Source: Vicugna vicugna (Eukaryota). Taken from it: 64,000 nt of DNA. This document shows positions 1 through 13,670 of this stretch, piece after piece (position 1 is the first letter of the stretch; the number at the start of each line of letters is the position of its first letter). The notes below the pieces were generated by a model. The model did no database searches. It was not told the DNA's origin and saw only the letters and a list, made by a program, of their open reading frames with translations. A program made the translations under genes and the position numbers. The DNA lies in contig MU058463.1 of assembly GCA_013265495.1 (NCBI GenBank), positions 868,001 through 932,000 on the forward strand, read 5' to 3'.

Positions 1-699
1 GTCCACTAATTAGTATAAATCCATATCTTGCAGTCTGGTACATACTGATTGGGAAGCAATATACACAGTAGTGAAGATAGATGTGAATTGAATCTTACTT
101 TCTTTATCTTCTATTGATGTTGCATTAATCAGCTTGCTCAATGCTGTAGTAAAACTTCATTCATGTTTTTCTTTTTTAAAACAAAGCATACTGTTTGACT
201 CAGCTTAATAATTTAGCTATTAAGTAAAATCAAGTATTTATACTAGAAAAGCAGAAACCACCACACAACTACCATCACTACTATTGGACCATCTCTGAGA
301 GGTAACCAGATCTCCCTTGACAAAAATCTACTTTAACTCTCTATAAGGTTAATAATTCATAAAAGTGCATGAAAGTATTTTTTATGAAAATTGAATAGTT
401 AAAGGGAAATACATATATTTGTAACATTTCTCTAATAAAATTGTCAAATATACCTCACATTTTACAGGTATTTTAAAATTAAATTTATTTTAAAATAATA
501 TATTAAATGTGCAAACATGTATTTCTTGAAGAATATGTGTTGACCACACATTAAATTGAAGTTTGCCAAAATTTGTGCACATATTTTGCCCAATGTCTAT
601 TTGAAAAGTTGAATTTAATATTTTTATTTCCGTGTTCAAGCAGCTATTAAAAAGGTCAAAACAGGAGCTATCTGTTGGAGTTTCACTACTTTGCAAATT

Positions 700-1430
700 T
701 GCCATGATTTTTCAATGTATCTATTCTTAATACGAAGTGACAGCATGGCAAAGAAAGTAATTTCAACACATTTTCTTGGTATCAGTTGCACATACTATTA
801 CTTGTGATTCCTCCAGTGATGTAAAAAAAAATTTTATGCCAAGAATTTCTTCAATATTTGACTGAATTTCTCTTGGCATTTTATAAACCTTTTTTTCTTG
901 GTATAATCATTGTACTTTTTAAAAAAATGTACAGTATCTCAAAGATTCTGTGCACTATTAAAGTAAGATCCAGGTAATCTGCCAGAGCCATTTCTTTTCC
1001 TTTGGAAGTTTTTTTTCTGTATCTGCTGGTTTATTAACTGGTCCAAACAGCAAAATTTGGGGACTGAATATATCTGTGGTAATGTAGTCAGTATTTGATA
1101 AATAAAAAGCTATATGTCAAGTACTCTTAGAAGTACTATTAATGCTAAAGCCTATTAGGCAATAAATGTAAAACAGTTTAGAAAAATCTGAATTTTAATT
1201 TTTTTTTCTCTGAAGCTATATTTTGTAACACAGCTCCAACTACCTTTCTTGGAGCCCAGTGATCAGGTTCCATGATATTAAGTCTGTGTAATTTGATAGA
1301 ATCCCATCAGAGCCAAATATTTTGCATTAGTTTGTTCACACATTGGTTTGAATGGAATTTTTCCAACATCAGTTGTATTATTTTTTATGATATGAAAAGT
1401 GTGCACTATAATTTTCATTTCATGGATATA
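700..1430 (-). mobile_element. Highly degenerate piggyBac (PGBD2/3-like) transposase fossil, catalytic core to Cys-rich C-terminus; ends not resolved
   Basis: Manual minus-strand translation across frameshifts gives colinear motifs: CKIFGSDGIL (1326-1297), QIFLNCFTFI (1190-1161, cf. xIFFDNFFTSI), SRYR...KKWLWQITWILL (KKW.. at 996-961, cf. YRIxIRGKKWYWxIFxWxL), AQNL*..ILY (cf. VQNAWxLY), RKCVE/TFF(C) near 776-750. Confidence 0.45.
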
Positions 1431-2114
1431 TTTTTATTAACTTCAAATTGAAACAAACACAAGACCATGGAAGAAAGGTAATACAACCAGCCCAGAATTT
1501 ATGGTAATACTTTGATTAATACTTTCTAGATAGATATTTTGTTTTATAGAATTAATCAAACATTATAGACAGTGCTTGGAGATTGAAAATATGACAAAGA
1601 ATATTTTCTGGAGAAAAAGCAAGACAAGAAGAAAATGGGAAAATGTCAAAAAAAATTGGTAGGAAATGCATGTGATCAACTCAATAGCTTCAAAATTATA
1701 GTTTGGATCAAACTGGCTTGAGTATATCTGTGAGTAATATTAAGTTTGACTAAAGTTTTGAAATCAATTTCTGCAAAGCATTATACTAGAAATCTTATTT
1801 ATTCAATCAAATCCATGTAATGTCCAAGGTGGAAATTATCATCCTCTTTTCATAGATAAGGAAGCTAAGGTTTAAGTTGACAAAAAGTAAATTCAAATTT
1901 AAAAACTTTTGTGCAAGGTATGTAGATCAAGCTTTTCAGTAAGTCTTTTTAATAAGTAAGGCATAGAGAAGAAAATAAAGAAATTTGATTCTCTGTAACT
2001 AGAGGATCTAGATTTAAGTTTTCAGGTTGCTGACTAGTGTTTTTACTTGCTGGTTATTCCTAAATTGATTCATGTAAAATATAGTTATTAAAATGAAATT
2101 CAGAGTCTATACAA

Positions 2115-2712
2115 AACTCTGTTCATAATTGCCAAATCTTGGAAGCAACAAAGATAGTGTTTAATAGAGGAATGGATAAATAAACTTCTGGTACATCCAT
2201 ACAATGGAGTTTTTATTCAGTGCTTAGAGAAATGAACTATTAAGCCACAAAAGATATAGAGGAAACTTAAATGCATATTACTAAGTGAAGGAAGTCAATC
2301 TGAAAAAGCTGTATATGGTTTGATTCCAACTATATGATATTCTGGAAAAGGCAGAATTGTGAAGACTGTAAAAGATCAATGGTTTCTAGAGATTTGGGGG
2401 AGGGAAGGATAAACAGATCAAGTACTGCAAATTATAGAGCAGTGAAACTATTCTGTAAAATACTCTAAGGGTTGATACATGCCACTGTACATTTGCCAAA
2501 ACCCATAAAATGCACAACACCAGGAGTGAACCCTACTATAAATTATGGACTGGGTATTAATGAGGGATTAACATTGGTTCATCAGTTGTAACACATGTAC
2601 CATCCTGTTGCTTGAGGCTGTGCATGTGTGAGGAGAGGGCTATAGGAGAATTCTGTACCTTCCACTCAATTTCACTGTGACCCAAAAACTGCTCCAAAAA
2701 ATAAAGTCTCTA
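2115..2712 (+). mobile_element. Old L1 (L1MB/L1MC-type) 3' end fragment
   Basis: ORF2 C-terminal motif 'ttcataattgccaaatcttggaagcaac...tggataaataaac...tggtacatccatacaatgga' followed by an L1M-type 3' UTR ending 'aaaactgctccaaaaaataaagtc'. Confidence 0.8.
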
Positions 2713-4954
2713 AATAGCTGAAATCCAAAAACAGAGCTCTGGTAATAATAACATGAAGCCTTGCCCCTCTGGCTAAAACACTAAAACTTAGCCTTAGGTG
2801 TTCATAAATGAGCACAGTAGTAAGTGGGTTTTTTGGGGTTTTTTTTTAGTTTTGGTAACTTTCAATGTGAATTTGAAGAGCAATTGCCACAGAGCTATTC
2901 TTGAATGATAATGCTCATCTTGACTCCTAACGGTTTCTTATTGGCAAGCCAAGCAAAGAGTGAGGAACAACTTGTATTCTGACTTCCAATATGCAAAACC
3001 AGTGGATAAGCCATGGAACACTGGAAACCCTTCCAGAAAGTCTATCCTTTATAGACAGTAAACGTTTATCTCCTGAAATTCAACCACATTCTTTACTCTT
3101 GTATTTTTTAAAATACAATCATCTTTGTAGGGAATCAGCACCAGCAGTTCTACAGTTCTTTATACACCACTTCAAAAGTTTTCAATTATTATTGTTAGAA
3201 CTCATATATGAATATTTGACAAAGAAACAAATCAGAGAAGTCCTGCCATTTGTATTATTGTTTGTAAAATCCCTACTTCTGATCTTGCTTTTACAGATTA
3301 AAAGTCACCACTATCATTTTCAAATGTTAAACCATTTTATTATAATTTGCAAGATGATGTGAGTTCACACAGCCTGGGTTCCGGGAGCACCAAGGAAGGA
3401 ACAGCTGAAGGGCTCCACCTCCTGGCACAAGACCAGAACCTCAGGTTGAAGTTTCACTTGTGTTTGTTACAATTAGGTTCAGGGATAAAATCTTAAACAT
3501 TTTTGTGTCCTAAAACATTGACACTTCTCCTTGCTTCTTTTCTGCCACATATGCAAGTACACAAAGCATATTTCTTAGAGATTAATTATTGAAAGCTAGG
3601 TAGTAATTGAAATCAAAGCAATATATTTTCACATTTAAATTATCTTAGGTTGCTAAGCTCTTTTGACTCCAAACTCCAGTGATATAGTCACTAATGAGGA
3701 TTGTTTTCTTTCTGAGGACTGTAAGCTTAAGTATGTCTTTATGTGGCTGTTTTTTCCCCCCTCTGTCTTATAGCTCATGAATTAGAAGCTGACTTTCCCT
3801 GGTTGCAGCTTTCTAATGTGCTGCTTTAGAGGAGCTTTCATGGCTTAGCATTAAAATGTCACTGGATCCAAGCAGCTTTTACTTTCTCTTAAAGAAAGCA
3901 TTTTCAACAGAAATTCCAATAACATGGAAAGCAAAGAACTAAAAGAATAAATAAGTTTTGTGTTTCTGAATTCCAAATACAGCTTTCATTTTTTTTTCTT
4001 ATTTCTTTCAAAAAAAGAAGAAAGTATGTTTTCAGTTAAGGATTTTTCTTAATTAGCCTAATCCCAGAACTCAGATGGTACGCTCTGGATAAGGTGTACC
4101 CTTAACTTTCAAATACCAGCAGTTATAGAATTTTGATATATGATTTCCATAACTATACTCCTTACTGGGTGCTTGCCATCTCTGTAAATCATCATCTCCT
4201 ATCTTTTATAGTTTATTTTAAGCATACTTATTTTTTGGACCTTAGGTGCAGATAATCATATGCTTACGTTCATAGCCCAGACACCAGTGACAGTTTCCTG
4301 TCATCTTTTATTTCATTCCCATTTCCCACTCCCAGTCCTCACCCCTGTTATGGGGAACCATTTAAATTTGTTTGATGACTAGTCTTTTATATATCTTTGT
4401 AAAATATGTAGTGCAGTTTTATGTTGTACGTATTTTAAATGTTTCTAAGCACAGTTTTTTTTTTTACAGTATATCCATGTTGCTGTGTGTATATTTATTT
4501 CATCATCTCATTCCCTGCAGAAGCATCCTTCACATTTGACTAACATATTCCTCAACTTTGGGCATAGTTATTATCTACGACTTCCTGCAGTCACACACAC
4601 ACATGCACACGTATGCAGTCCTCTGTGATAGATGTTCATAAGCATGTACCTTTAAGGATAGTCGTGAAATTTTTTCTGTGGTCTCTATGCAAAAGTAGTT
4701 TCACTTGTTCCTAAGGTTTGTGCATTATCAGTTTAAATAAGCTCTGCTCTCCAGAGTGGCCAGAGCAGTCTATACTCACATGAGCAGTGCTTTGGGCTCA
4801 TATCTGTAGCACTTACTATCCAGACTTTTATTCCTTGCTAAATTAATTGTTGTCTTAAAATACATATTTTTCAATTACTGAGCAACTCTTCATATTGATG
4901 CAATAGTTTGGTGTTCTCCTTAAGTCATCTGCTTGTATCTTTGCTTTATTTTTC

Positions 4955-6476
4955 TCTTTTTTAAAATGGAAATGTAGTTGACATACAATATTATATTCCT
5001 TTCAGAGGTACAACGTAGTGATTTGACATTTGAATACATTACAAAATTATCACCACCATGAGTCTAGTAACTATCTGTCCCCATACAAAGCTATTAATAG
5101 TACCATTATGCTATACAATACATCCTCATAACTTATTTAAAACTGGAAGTTTGTACCTCTTAATTCCATTCACCTATTTCACCATTCTCCCATCTCTCTT
5201 CCTTCTGGCAACCACCCATTTGTTCTATGCATCTTTTTTCCTTTTGTTATGTTTGTTCATTTATTTTATTTTTTGGATTCCACATATAAGTGAGATCATA
5301 AAGTATTTGTCTTTCTCTCTATGACTTATTTCACTTAGCATAGTATCCTCTACATCCATCCATGTTGTCACAAATGGCAAGATTTCATTCTTTTTATGGC
5401 TAAACTGTATTCCATTTTGTGTATGTGATATATATATATTTTTTTCTTTATCCACTTATCTACCTATGGGCACTTAGGTTGCTTCCATATTTGGCTATAA
5501 TAAATAATGCTGCAGTAAAGTTGCACATACCTTCTCAAAGTACTGTTTTTATTTTCTTCAGGTAAATACCCTGAAATTTGTGTATCATATGGCAGTTCTA
5601 TTATTAATTTTTGAGGAACCTCCAAACTGTTTTCCATTATGGCTGTACCAATTTACAATCCAAACCAAAGGTTTCCCTTTCTCCACATCCTTGTCAACAC
5701 TTGTTATTTCTTGTCTTTTTGATGATAACTATTCTGACATGTGTGATATAATATCTCATTTTGGTTTTGATTTCCTTAATGATTAGTGATGTTGAGCATC
5801 TTTTCATGTATCTGTTGGCCATCTGTTTGCCTTCTTTGAAAAAATATCTATTCAGGACCTCTGCCCATTTTTTAATCAGATAATTTCCTTTTTTGACATT
5901 GAGTTGTATGAGTTATTTATATATTTTGGATATTAACCCCTTATCAGATATGTCATTTGCAAATATCTTTTCTCATTCAGTAAGCTGCTTTTTCATTTTG
6001 TTGATGATTTCCTTCAATATGCAGAAGCTTTTTAGTTTGATATAATCCCATTTGTTTATTTTTTGCTTTTGTTTCCCTTGCCTGAGGAAAGAGATTCAAA
6101 AAAATATTGTTAAGACTGATGTCAAAGAGCACACTGCACTGTTTTCTTCAAAAAGTTTTGTGGTTTCAGGTCTTACATTTAAGTCTTTAATCCATTTTGA
6201 GTTTATTTTTTTATATGGTGTTAGAAAGTGGTCTAGTTTCATTCTTTTGCATTAGCTGTCCAGTTTTCCAACACATTTATTGAAAAGGCTATCTTTTCCC
6301 AGTTGTATAATCTTGCCTCCTTTGTCATAGGTTAATTGACCACAAAATTAATGGGTTTATTTCTGGGTTCTGTACTCTGTTCCACTGATCTATAGGGCTA
6401 TTTTTGTGCCAGTACTTTACTGTTTTATTACCATAGCTTTGTAGTATAGATTGATATCAGGGATCATGATACCTCC
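4955..6476 (-). mobile_element. 5'-truncated L1 (L1MA-type): 3' UTR plus ORF2 C-terminal part
   Basis: ORF 5261-5455 translates to L1 ORF2 C-terminus (KNEILPFVTTWMDVEDTMLSEISHREKDKYFMISLICGI); T-rich tail remnant at ~4945-4962. Confidence 0.9.
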
Positions 6477-9182
6477 CTGTCTGCCTTGCAGTAAGAGTAG
6501 TTATTTGTCTATGTGTATAAAATAAAAAAATTGATGTTTCAGAACATAAGAAACGTATTTGTTAGACTGATTTAGATGCCTTTCCAAGATTTTTGTAGAA
6601 CACAAGGCTATTGAGGAAGCAAAATTGGCAGGTAAGATTTAGATCCTTACAGAGACCAAAGACTTTTTCTTACTAATCCAGCAGTCACTTGAAATGTGGA
6701 ACTCTCAGTTGGCCCAATTGTTTGATACAAAAGCGCTGGTCTCCCATGCAGACATTTTCTCAGCCTGCAGAGAAATGGCCAGCAAATTGAGAATGAACAT
6801 CTAGCCTCAATTCTTTTACCTTCCTCAACTCAAATGTAGATCCTATCACTTCAATTTCAAAGACCAAGCCAAAAACAACCTCCAAAGTCAGAGAAAACAA
6901 GTTTTGACAAAAATAACATCTTTAACTTTGATACCTATTGCTGAACTAGACCATGGTCAGAAAGGTGGCTCATATGGGAGAAGAGAATGCAAAGAGAAAA
7001 AGATGTCTGCAGTGCCCTGAGAGGATATGATTCCTTTTATCCTTTCCATCAAGAGGTAAAGAGATGAAGACAGGAAGAAGAAAATATACCTCCTCAGCTG
7101 AGTATTCTCATGAAGTGTGTACTATTTGGAAGAAATTAACACACAGAGCCGGCAAGGCTTAATAATGCAAATCTGAACACTGTTCCCACTTGAGCATTTT
7201 AGTCCCACATATACTTGTGAACCTGGCCAACATGTGTTCGGGGCTGAAATTTCTCTTCCCTTGCTAAGTTGTAAGAATAATTGAATATTTGGGAGCCTGA
7301 TTTTAAAAAAGACAAGTTATTTTCCTGCAGTGTGGATTCAAATATGAATTTAAATTTAAGTTAATGGATTAACAAACTTAAAGAATTTGCATTTTCATTC
7401 TCAGCCCTGTTCATTCGGTGAAATGTTTTTCCTCTAGTTAAAAGAATTTAAAGCATTATTAAGTATGAATATACTGAGTTATAAAGAAGGCATCTGGTAA
7501 AACAAGTTTGTTTTCATTTTATGACCACAGTAAATCATGCCATTGATCACATGCTCCCTTTGCATTCTCTGTTAAATAGAACAGAGCCAGGTTTAGTATT
7601 CTGACTAAAGACAGAGTAACACAAAACAGAATTGTAGCATTTTTTTCTGTACTAATTTCAGTCAGAATTGGCCTTGTTTTTACTTTGTTTCCTGATTTTA
7701 TAGAACCTTTCTCTCAATTTGCAAAATAATTTATAACACCCCCCCTCCCCATTTTAGAGTACTGGCAAGATTACTAGGTGAAGTGATAAGGTCTTTAAAA
7801 TCATATTGAATTACCAACAACTAATGTTTCAGGTCAGCCTCAAGAAAGATCTTTAAAATTATTTTAGAAGACCCTTTTTTTTTCCTTCAGGGGAAAACTC
7901 CTAAGAAAAGGCTTTATTAAATATGTCCACAAATTCTCTGCCAGAGTAACTGATTTAATTGAAGTTCCATTTTAAAACTGATTGATGGTCCAAATGTAAT
8001 CTCCTTTATCTGATTAATTAGTACAGTTCTTAGTTTTTACACTAATTAAAAGCAGTTTATATTTAGAGGACAAGAAAAAGATGAATGCAGATGAAAGTCT
8101 TTTTCTCTCTGACTATGAAGGGATTTAATATTAACAAGAATAAGCAAAAGTTAGTGATTTCTTCAATATTATATTTACAGCAAAGCAAACATTTTCATTG
8201 TTTACTCTGTCATGTTACCACCAACAGCCTTGAAAGATAAGCTGATTTATTATATTTCTGTCTCTTAATCCTTCCAATCTAATTTTAGGAATGCCAGTAT
8301 TGGAGTTAATTTCCAAAAGGATACATAAAGCCAATTTCAGCTTTTCCTCTAAAACAAAACTTCTTCTAAAAGATGAGTCAATTTAATTACAACCAGTTGA
8401 AAACTTTCGTTTTTTTCTAAGTCTTCTTAAAATGTCGAAAATGTGGATATTTTTATATCTTGACATTGGTCATTATCATGGAACAAACTGTGGATTTCAT
8501 TAACACAAATACTTAAATGCATTATAGTTGATAAAATAATGAACAAATTATTTAGGCTGATTTACAAAATAACTACAATCTGGCTCTCTAGCATATTTTA
8601 CAAATAAATGCCTGAGTTACTGATTTTTCAAAAGGTTTCCTTTGAGTGTCTGATACCATGTAAAAATTCCTGTAAGCTAAGAGATTTGGATTGATCATAT
8701 AAAGGGACCATGTCTTTCTTGTAGCCAAAGAAGACCTATTAGCCTTCCCAAGGCTACAAATTCTTCTTTAATTCTTCTCTGTGTATATGCTATAGTCCAA
8801 GAAGATTTACCCTTTAACCTCCTCCTTCAAAAATATTTTTCCCCTCTTTTTTCTGTTAGATTCTATTCTTCCATACTTGAGAACTTACTCAATGCATTAA
8901 CAGATTAGGTTGGATGGCTGTGATAATAGCTAAGGTTTACTGGGCAGATACAGTAGTCTAAGCATTGTTATAACACAATCTTCACGTGAAAGTGGTACTC
9001 CTATTATTCTTTTTTTTTTTTTTTGGTTAAAAAATAGAAGCACAGAGAGATCTAGTAACTTGCAAAAGATCACAGAAATCTGATTCAAGCCTACAGGCTA
9101 AATATCTTATTTTATTGTCTCTGATTTCTCTTCAACTCAGGTACCATGTCACTTTTGTCATTCACTTGGACTCTCTACAACC

Positions 9183-9792
9183 TGTAGCAAAGGAACAAGT
9201 AACACAGAGGTTATCCCTGAGACCTCCCGCATGCCTAAGGACTCCTCTTATCCAACTCTTGTTCACTTATTACTGGAGAGTAGGTTCTTGTCTCATCACA
9301 GAAGAATCAGAGAAGAGACACAGAGGTCAAGAAAGCAAAGTGAAGATTTATTAAGCAATAGTACACTCTCAAAGGGAGAGCAGGCAGAATCAGGTGAGTA
9401 GCTACCCTGTGTTTCTTTGGCAAGCTGCTTATAGGGGATGTAAAAATGAATGGGAGGAATATTCACTGGAGAGGGAAGGGTTTTGAATCATATCTCCTGG
9501 TTTTCATCCCAGCTCCACCTTCCCAAGGGGAGGAGGGATTTTAGTTCTTATTTAATCTTGATTAGAAGTGTCATGGTATAGGTGCATGATGGGTACTTCT
9601 TATCTGCAAGGCTACTTTTATTGTAATGAGGGCATAATGAGCAAAAGGTTACATTTGGACGTGGGGTCACCTTTTCCCACCTTTCTTTGCCTGCCTGTAG
9701 GACCCTTGTCACCCCAAAATATGTGGTTTCCTGTCAGTCCAGAGGTCCTGCTTTTCTTTGTCTGCCCAAAGACCCACATTGTTCATAAAACA
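9183..9792 (-). mobile_element. ERV1-like solo LTR (left boundary uncertain, 9183 or ~9268)
   Basis: GC-richer block; minus-strand AATAAA (plus 'gatttatt' ~9346) with U5-like 'gtgtctcttctctg'; minus-strand TG start at 9792; no TSD found. Confidence 0.6.
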
Positions 9793-9829
9793 TAAAAAGA
9801 GAGAAGATGTGGATGACTGAAATAGGATG

Positions 9830-12625
9830 AAAAGAAGTAGGATCATTTCTACAAACCATATGGAACTAAAAAGGATTATAAGAGAATACCATTAAAAATT
9901 ATAAAGCAACAAATTAAATAACCTAGAGGAAATAGAACAATTTTAAAGGAGCATACAAATTACCAAAATTGACTGAAAAAGAATAAGAATTTGAGCAAAC
10001 CTAGAGCAAGAGATTGAATCAGAGATAATAATAATAATAATTTCAAGTAAAAAATAGTCCAGGACAGGATGGCTTTAAACATTAAAGAAGAAGAAGAACA
10101 ACAACAACAACAAAAAAACCTTCTCAAACTCTTCCCCAAAAAAATAGAAGAGAAGGAAGCATTCTAGGGAGAAATATTAACACTCTGATACCAAAGCCAG
10201 ACAAATATACTACAAGAAAAGTACAGATTAATATCCCTTATGACTATAGATGCAAAAATTCTTAACAAAATACTAACAAACTGAATCCAATAGTGTATTA
10301 AAAGAATTATACTCTGTGATCTAGTGGGATTCACCCCACTAATGCAAGAGTGGTTTAACATTTAAAAAGCTAATAAATTCAGCCAAGTTTCACAGTGCAG
10401 GATCAATACACAAAAATAAGTTGTGTTTCTATACACTAGGAATGAACATCTAAAAGGAAATTAAGAAAACAATTCTATTCATGATAGCATCCAAAAGAAT
10501 AAAATACCTAGGAATATATATAACCAAGGAAGTAAAGGATCTTATACTGAAAACCTCAAACATTGATGAAAAAAATTATAGAAGACATAAATAAGTGGAA
10601 AGAAGCCCATTTTAGTGAATTGCAAGACTTACTATGGCAAAGATGGCAATACTGCCCAGTGCAATCTATGGGGTCATTGTAATCCGTATCAAAATCCTTT
10701 CCTTTTCTTTGGAAAAACGGAAAAGCTGCTCTTCAAATTCATCTGTAATTTTGAGAGGCCTTGAAGTGCCAAAACAACATTGAAAAGGGTGGACAAGGTT
10801 GGAGGATGCACACTTCCCAATTTCAAAATTTGCTACAAAGATTCAGTAATCAAAATGGTGTAGTACTGGCATAAATATGGATGTGCAGATTAACAGAATG
10901 AAGAACCAAGAAATAAACTCATATATCTGTGACCAATTGATTTTTGACAGGAGTATCATGATCATTGGGAAAGAATCATCTTTTCAACAACGGCATTAGG
11001 ACCACTGGATAGCCACATGCCAAAGAATGAAGTTGGACCCCCCACCTCACACCATATGCAAAAATTAACCCCAAATGGGTCAGTGATCTAAATATAAGAC
11101 CTAAAATACCTAAAATAATAAAGCTCTTAGTAGAAACATAGAGGTAAATCTTCATAACTTCATATTTGGCAGTGGAGTCTTAGATATGACACCGAAAACT
11201 AGGAGCAATCAAAGAAAGAAAAGGGGTAGATTGTTATCAAATTGTAAAACTTTTATGTATTAAAGGACATTATTAAAAAGTGAAAAGACAACCTACAGAA
11301 AACAGAAAATATTGGCAAATCATATAACTGGAAAAGATCTAGATTCCATGATATATAAAGAACTCTGAGAACTCAGTAATATAGACAAACAACCCAGCTG
11401 AAAAATGAATAAAGGGCATAGATGTTTCTCCAGAAAAGATACACAAAATGCCAATAAGCACATGAAAGTGTGCTCAGTTTCATTAATCATTAGGGAAACA
11501 CATCAAAACCATGAGATACCGTTTTACATCCAGCAGGATAATTTTAATCTAGATACACAAAATATCAATGTTGGTGTGAATGGGGAGAAATTGGAACCCT
11601 GTATTTGCCAATGGAAATATACAGTAGCACAGCTGGAAAGCAATTTGGTAGTTCTTCAAAATTTTAAACATGAAATTTCCATATGACTCAGCAGTTCCAT
11701 TCTGAGATAGGTACACAAAGAACTGAAAAAAGCAGGTACTCAAACAAAAACAATGTTTGTTTGTTTGTTTTCAAATGCATGGGCAGCACTTCAGGCCAGG
11801 GCCTGGTAGAGATTGGGGAAGTGTGGGTTTCTCAAGAAGGTAAACAGAGCACAGTTGGAGCCCACAAGTGTGCTATGTGACTTTGTATGTGTGGTAGGGG
11901 AAGAGGTGTCGGTCTTGATGGAGGGGCAGTGAGAGGACAGCTGGGATGCACTGCGAATCAGGACTGCTCAGGGAATTAAGGAATCAGGCCCAAGGCCTGG
12001 GAGTTATATGACAGCCGGCTGGGTAGTCCTGGGATAGACTCAGGTACCACTCAACCTAGACTCATCTGTAAGACATCTGCATCACACCACCTATCAGGCA
12101 AACTCCAGTGCTGTAGTATGCCTTGCCCCCCACACCCCCTTCCCCTAACAGAGTCACACTGTGGTGGCGGATGGCTCTGGCTAAGCAGAGGGTGAATTCC
12201 CCCAGGAGAAAAAGGGGGCATGAACTATGCATGTATGAACTGCTGATCCATAGTCTTCTCAAAGGCCAAAGTGCTGGGGCAGTGAGTGAAGTGAGCTTCC
12301 AGCACGGAAACCTGGGTCCTAAATCAGGTGTATACCAAGGTCCAAGGCCACAGCAACACCAGCGGTGCATTCCATCATCCTCAGGGCCAGTTGTTCCTCC
12401 CAGAAGCTGTGAAGTGTCTAAACTTTGTCCCAGGAGACCATTGCTGGCTGTTCCTTCAGCCTTTTGCCTGAAGAACAGTCTCTGGGCATTACCTTCTCTT
12501 CCTGACCCAGCCCATCCTAGTGACACTATTCATAATAGCCAAAAGGTGGAAACAACCAAAACGCTCATCTTTGGATGAAAGGGTAAACCAGTTGTGGTTT
12601 CTGCAAACAGTGCAATATTATTGCT
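9830..12625 (+). mobile_element. Degenerate L1 (L1MB-like) ORF2 region, internally deleted and interrupted by an insert at ~11757-12516
   Basis: ORF2 motifs 'gatgcaaaaattcttaacaaaatactaacaaactgaatccaa', 'aagaatgaagttggaccc', 'ctattcataatagccaaaaggtggaaacaacc'; many stops and frameshifts. Confidence 0.9.
11757..12516 (-). other. Orphan GC-rich insertion (possible retrocopy fragment or transduced sequence) inside L1
   Basis: Abrupt GC increase; L1 sequence stops at 'aatgtt' and resumes at 'tagtgacactattcataatagcc'; (tttg)n at the left end resembles a decayed minus-strand poly(A). Confidence 0.55.
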
Positions 12626-13046
12626 AGTCTGTCTGGATCCAACATCTAGCAATATTCTCTACTGAATCATACTCCTTTCTGACTTCAAGGTATGGATCTC
12701 CTCTGCACTCAAGTTTCCATCTTCCCAAGTCCTTGGTCCAAGAGGAAAAGGGATTCTTGCTTTGGGAGATAACCAGATCTATTCATTTTTTTCCTGGTAA
12801 GTTTTCTCTTCCTTCAAGCTTCAATATCCAGTACTAATTTGGTAAGTGGAAACCTTTTGCTAATTCACCTTTCTCCCAAATATTCTGACGTATTTTTTCT
12901 ACCCATTGATGACCAAAGCTTTTAAAATTCAAAAGTCAAGATGAGACTTTTTTTAAATCTCTGCTTTATGACTTACATTCTTTCCCTGAATTGTTTAACA
13001 CGATTAAAATAGTAGTTGTTGCTTAACTAAAGAGAATTGAAAAGGA

Positions 13047-13589
13047 TGTATGTAGTTATATACTACTGTGTAACAAACTATCACAAAATTTAGTCACTTA
13101 CAATAACCCACATTTATTATCTCAGATTAACTGTGGATCAAGAATCCAGGACCAGTTTAGGTGGGTCTTTTGCTTCAATACCACTTATAAGATTGTAATC
13201 AAGGATTTGGCTAGTATTAGGGTCTGAGCAGAACATTTGACTGAGGAATGATCCACTTCCAAGGTCAATTACATGGTTGTTGACAGCACTTAATCCCTCA
13301 AGAACACTTTGATTCAAGGCTTCAGTTCTGCGTTGGCTATTGCCACATGGGCTCCCTACCACGGCCATTTTTTTCATCACAACCAGCAAGAGAGAGAATG
13401 TGCAAGCAAGATGAAAGCCACAGTTTATGTAGCCCGATCATGAAGTGACATTCCATGACTTTTGCCATATTCTACTTGTTAGAATCAATTTACTAGGCTA
13501 GTCCATACTCAAAGGGAGGGGATTTCACAAGGCTATAAATACTAACATGAGTATATCATTGGAGGCCATCTAGGAGTTTGCCTGCCACA
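13047..13589 (-). mobile_element. MaLR solo LTR (MLT1F/G/H-like)
   Basis: 'tgtgtaacaaactatcacaaaatttagt...catttattatctca' start and 'ggaggccatctaggagtttgcctgccaca' end are typical of reversed MLT1. Confidence 0.8.
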
Positions 13590-13670
13590 GTACTGAAAAG
13601 GCTTCATTAAAAAGTCAGTTAATATTTGAAAAACAATTTTACCAAAATGCACACTTTAAAGGTGGGAAGA

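Noticed and set aside
12062..12578. Overlapping 154-aa and 151-aa ORFs as a real gene
   Set aside because: They arise in a GC-rich insert where stops are rarer, run into L1 sequence, and show no recognisable homology
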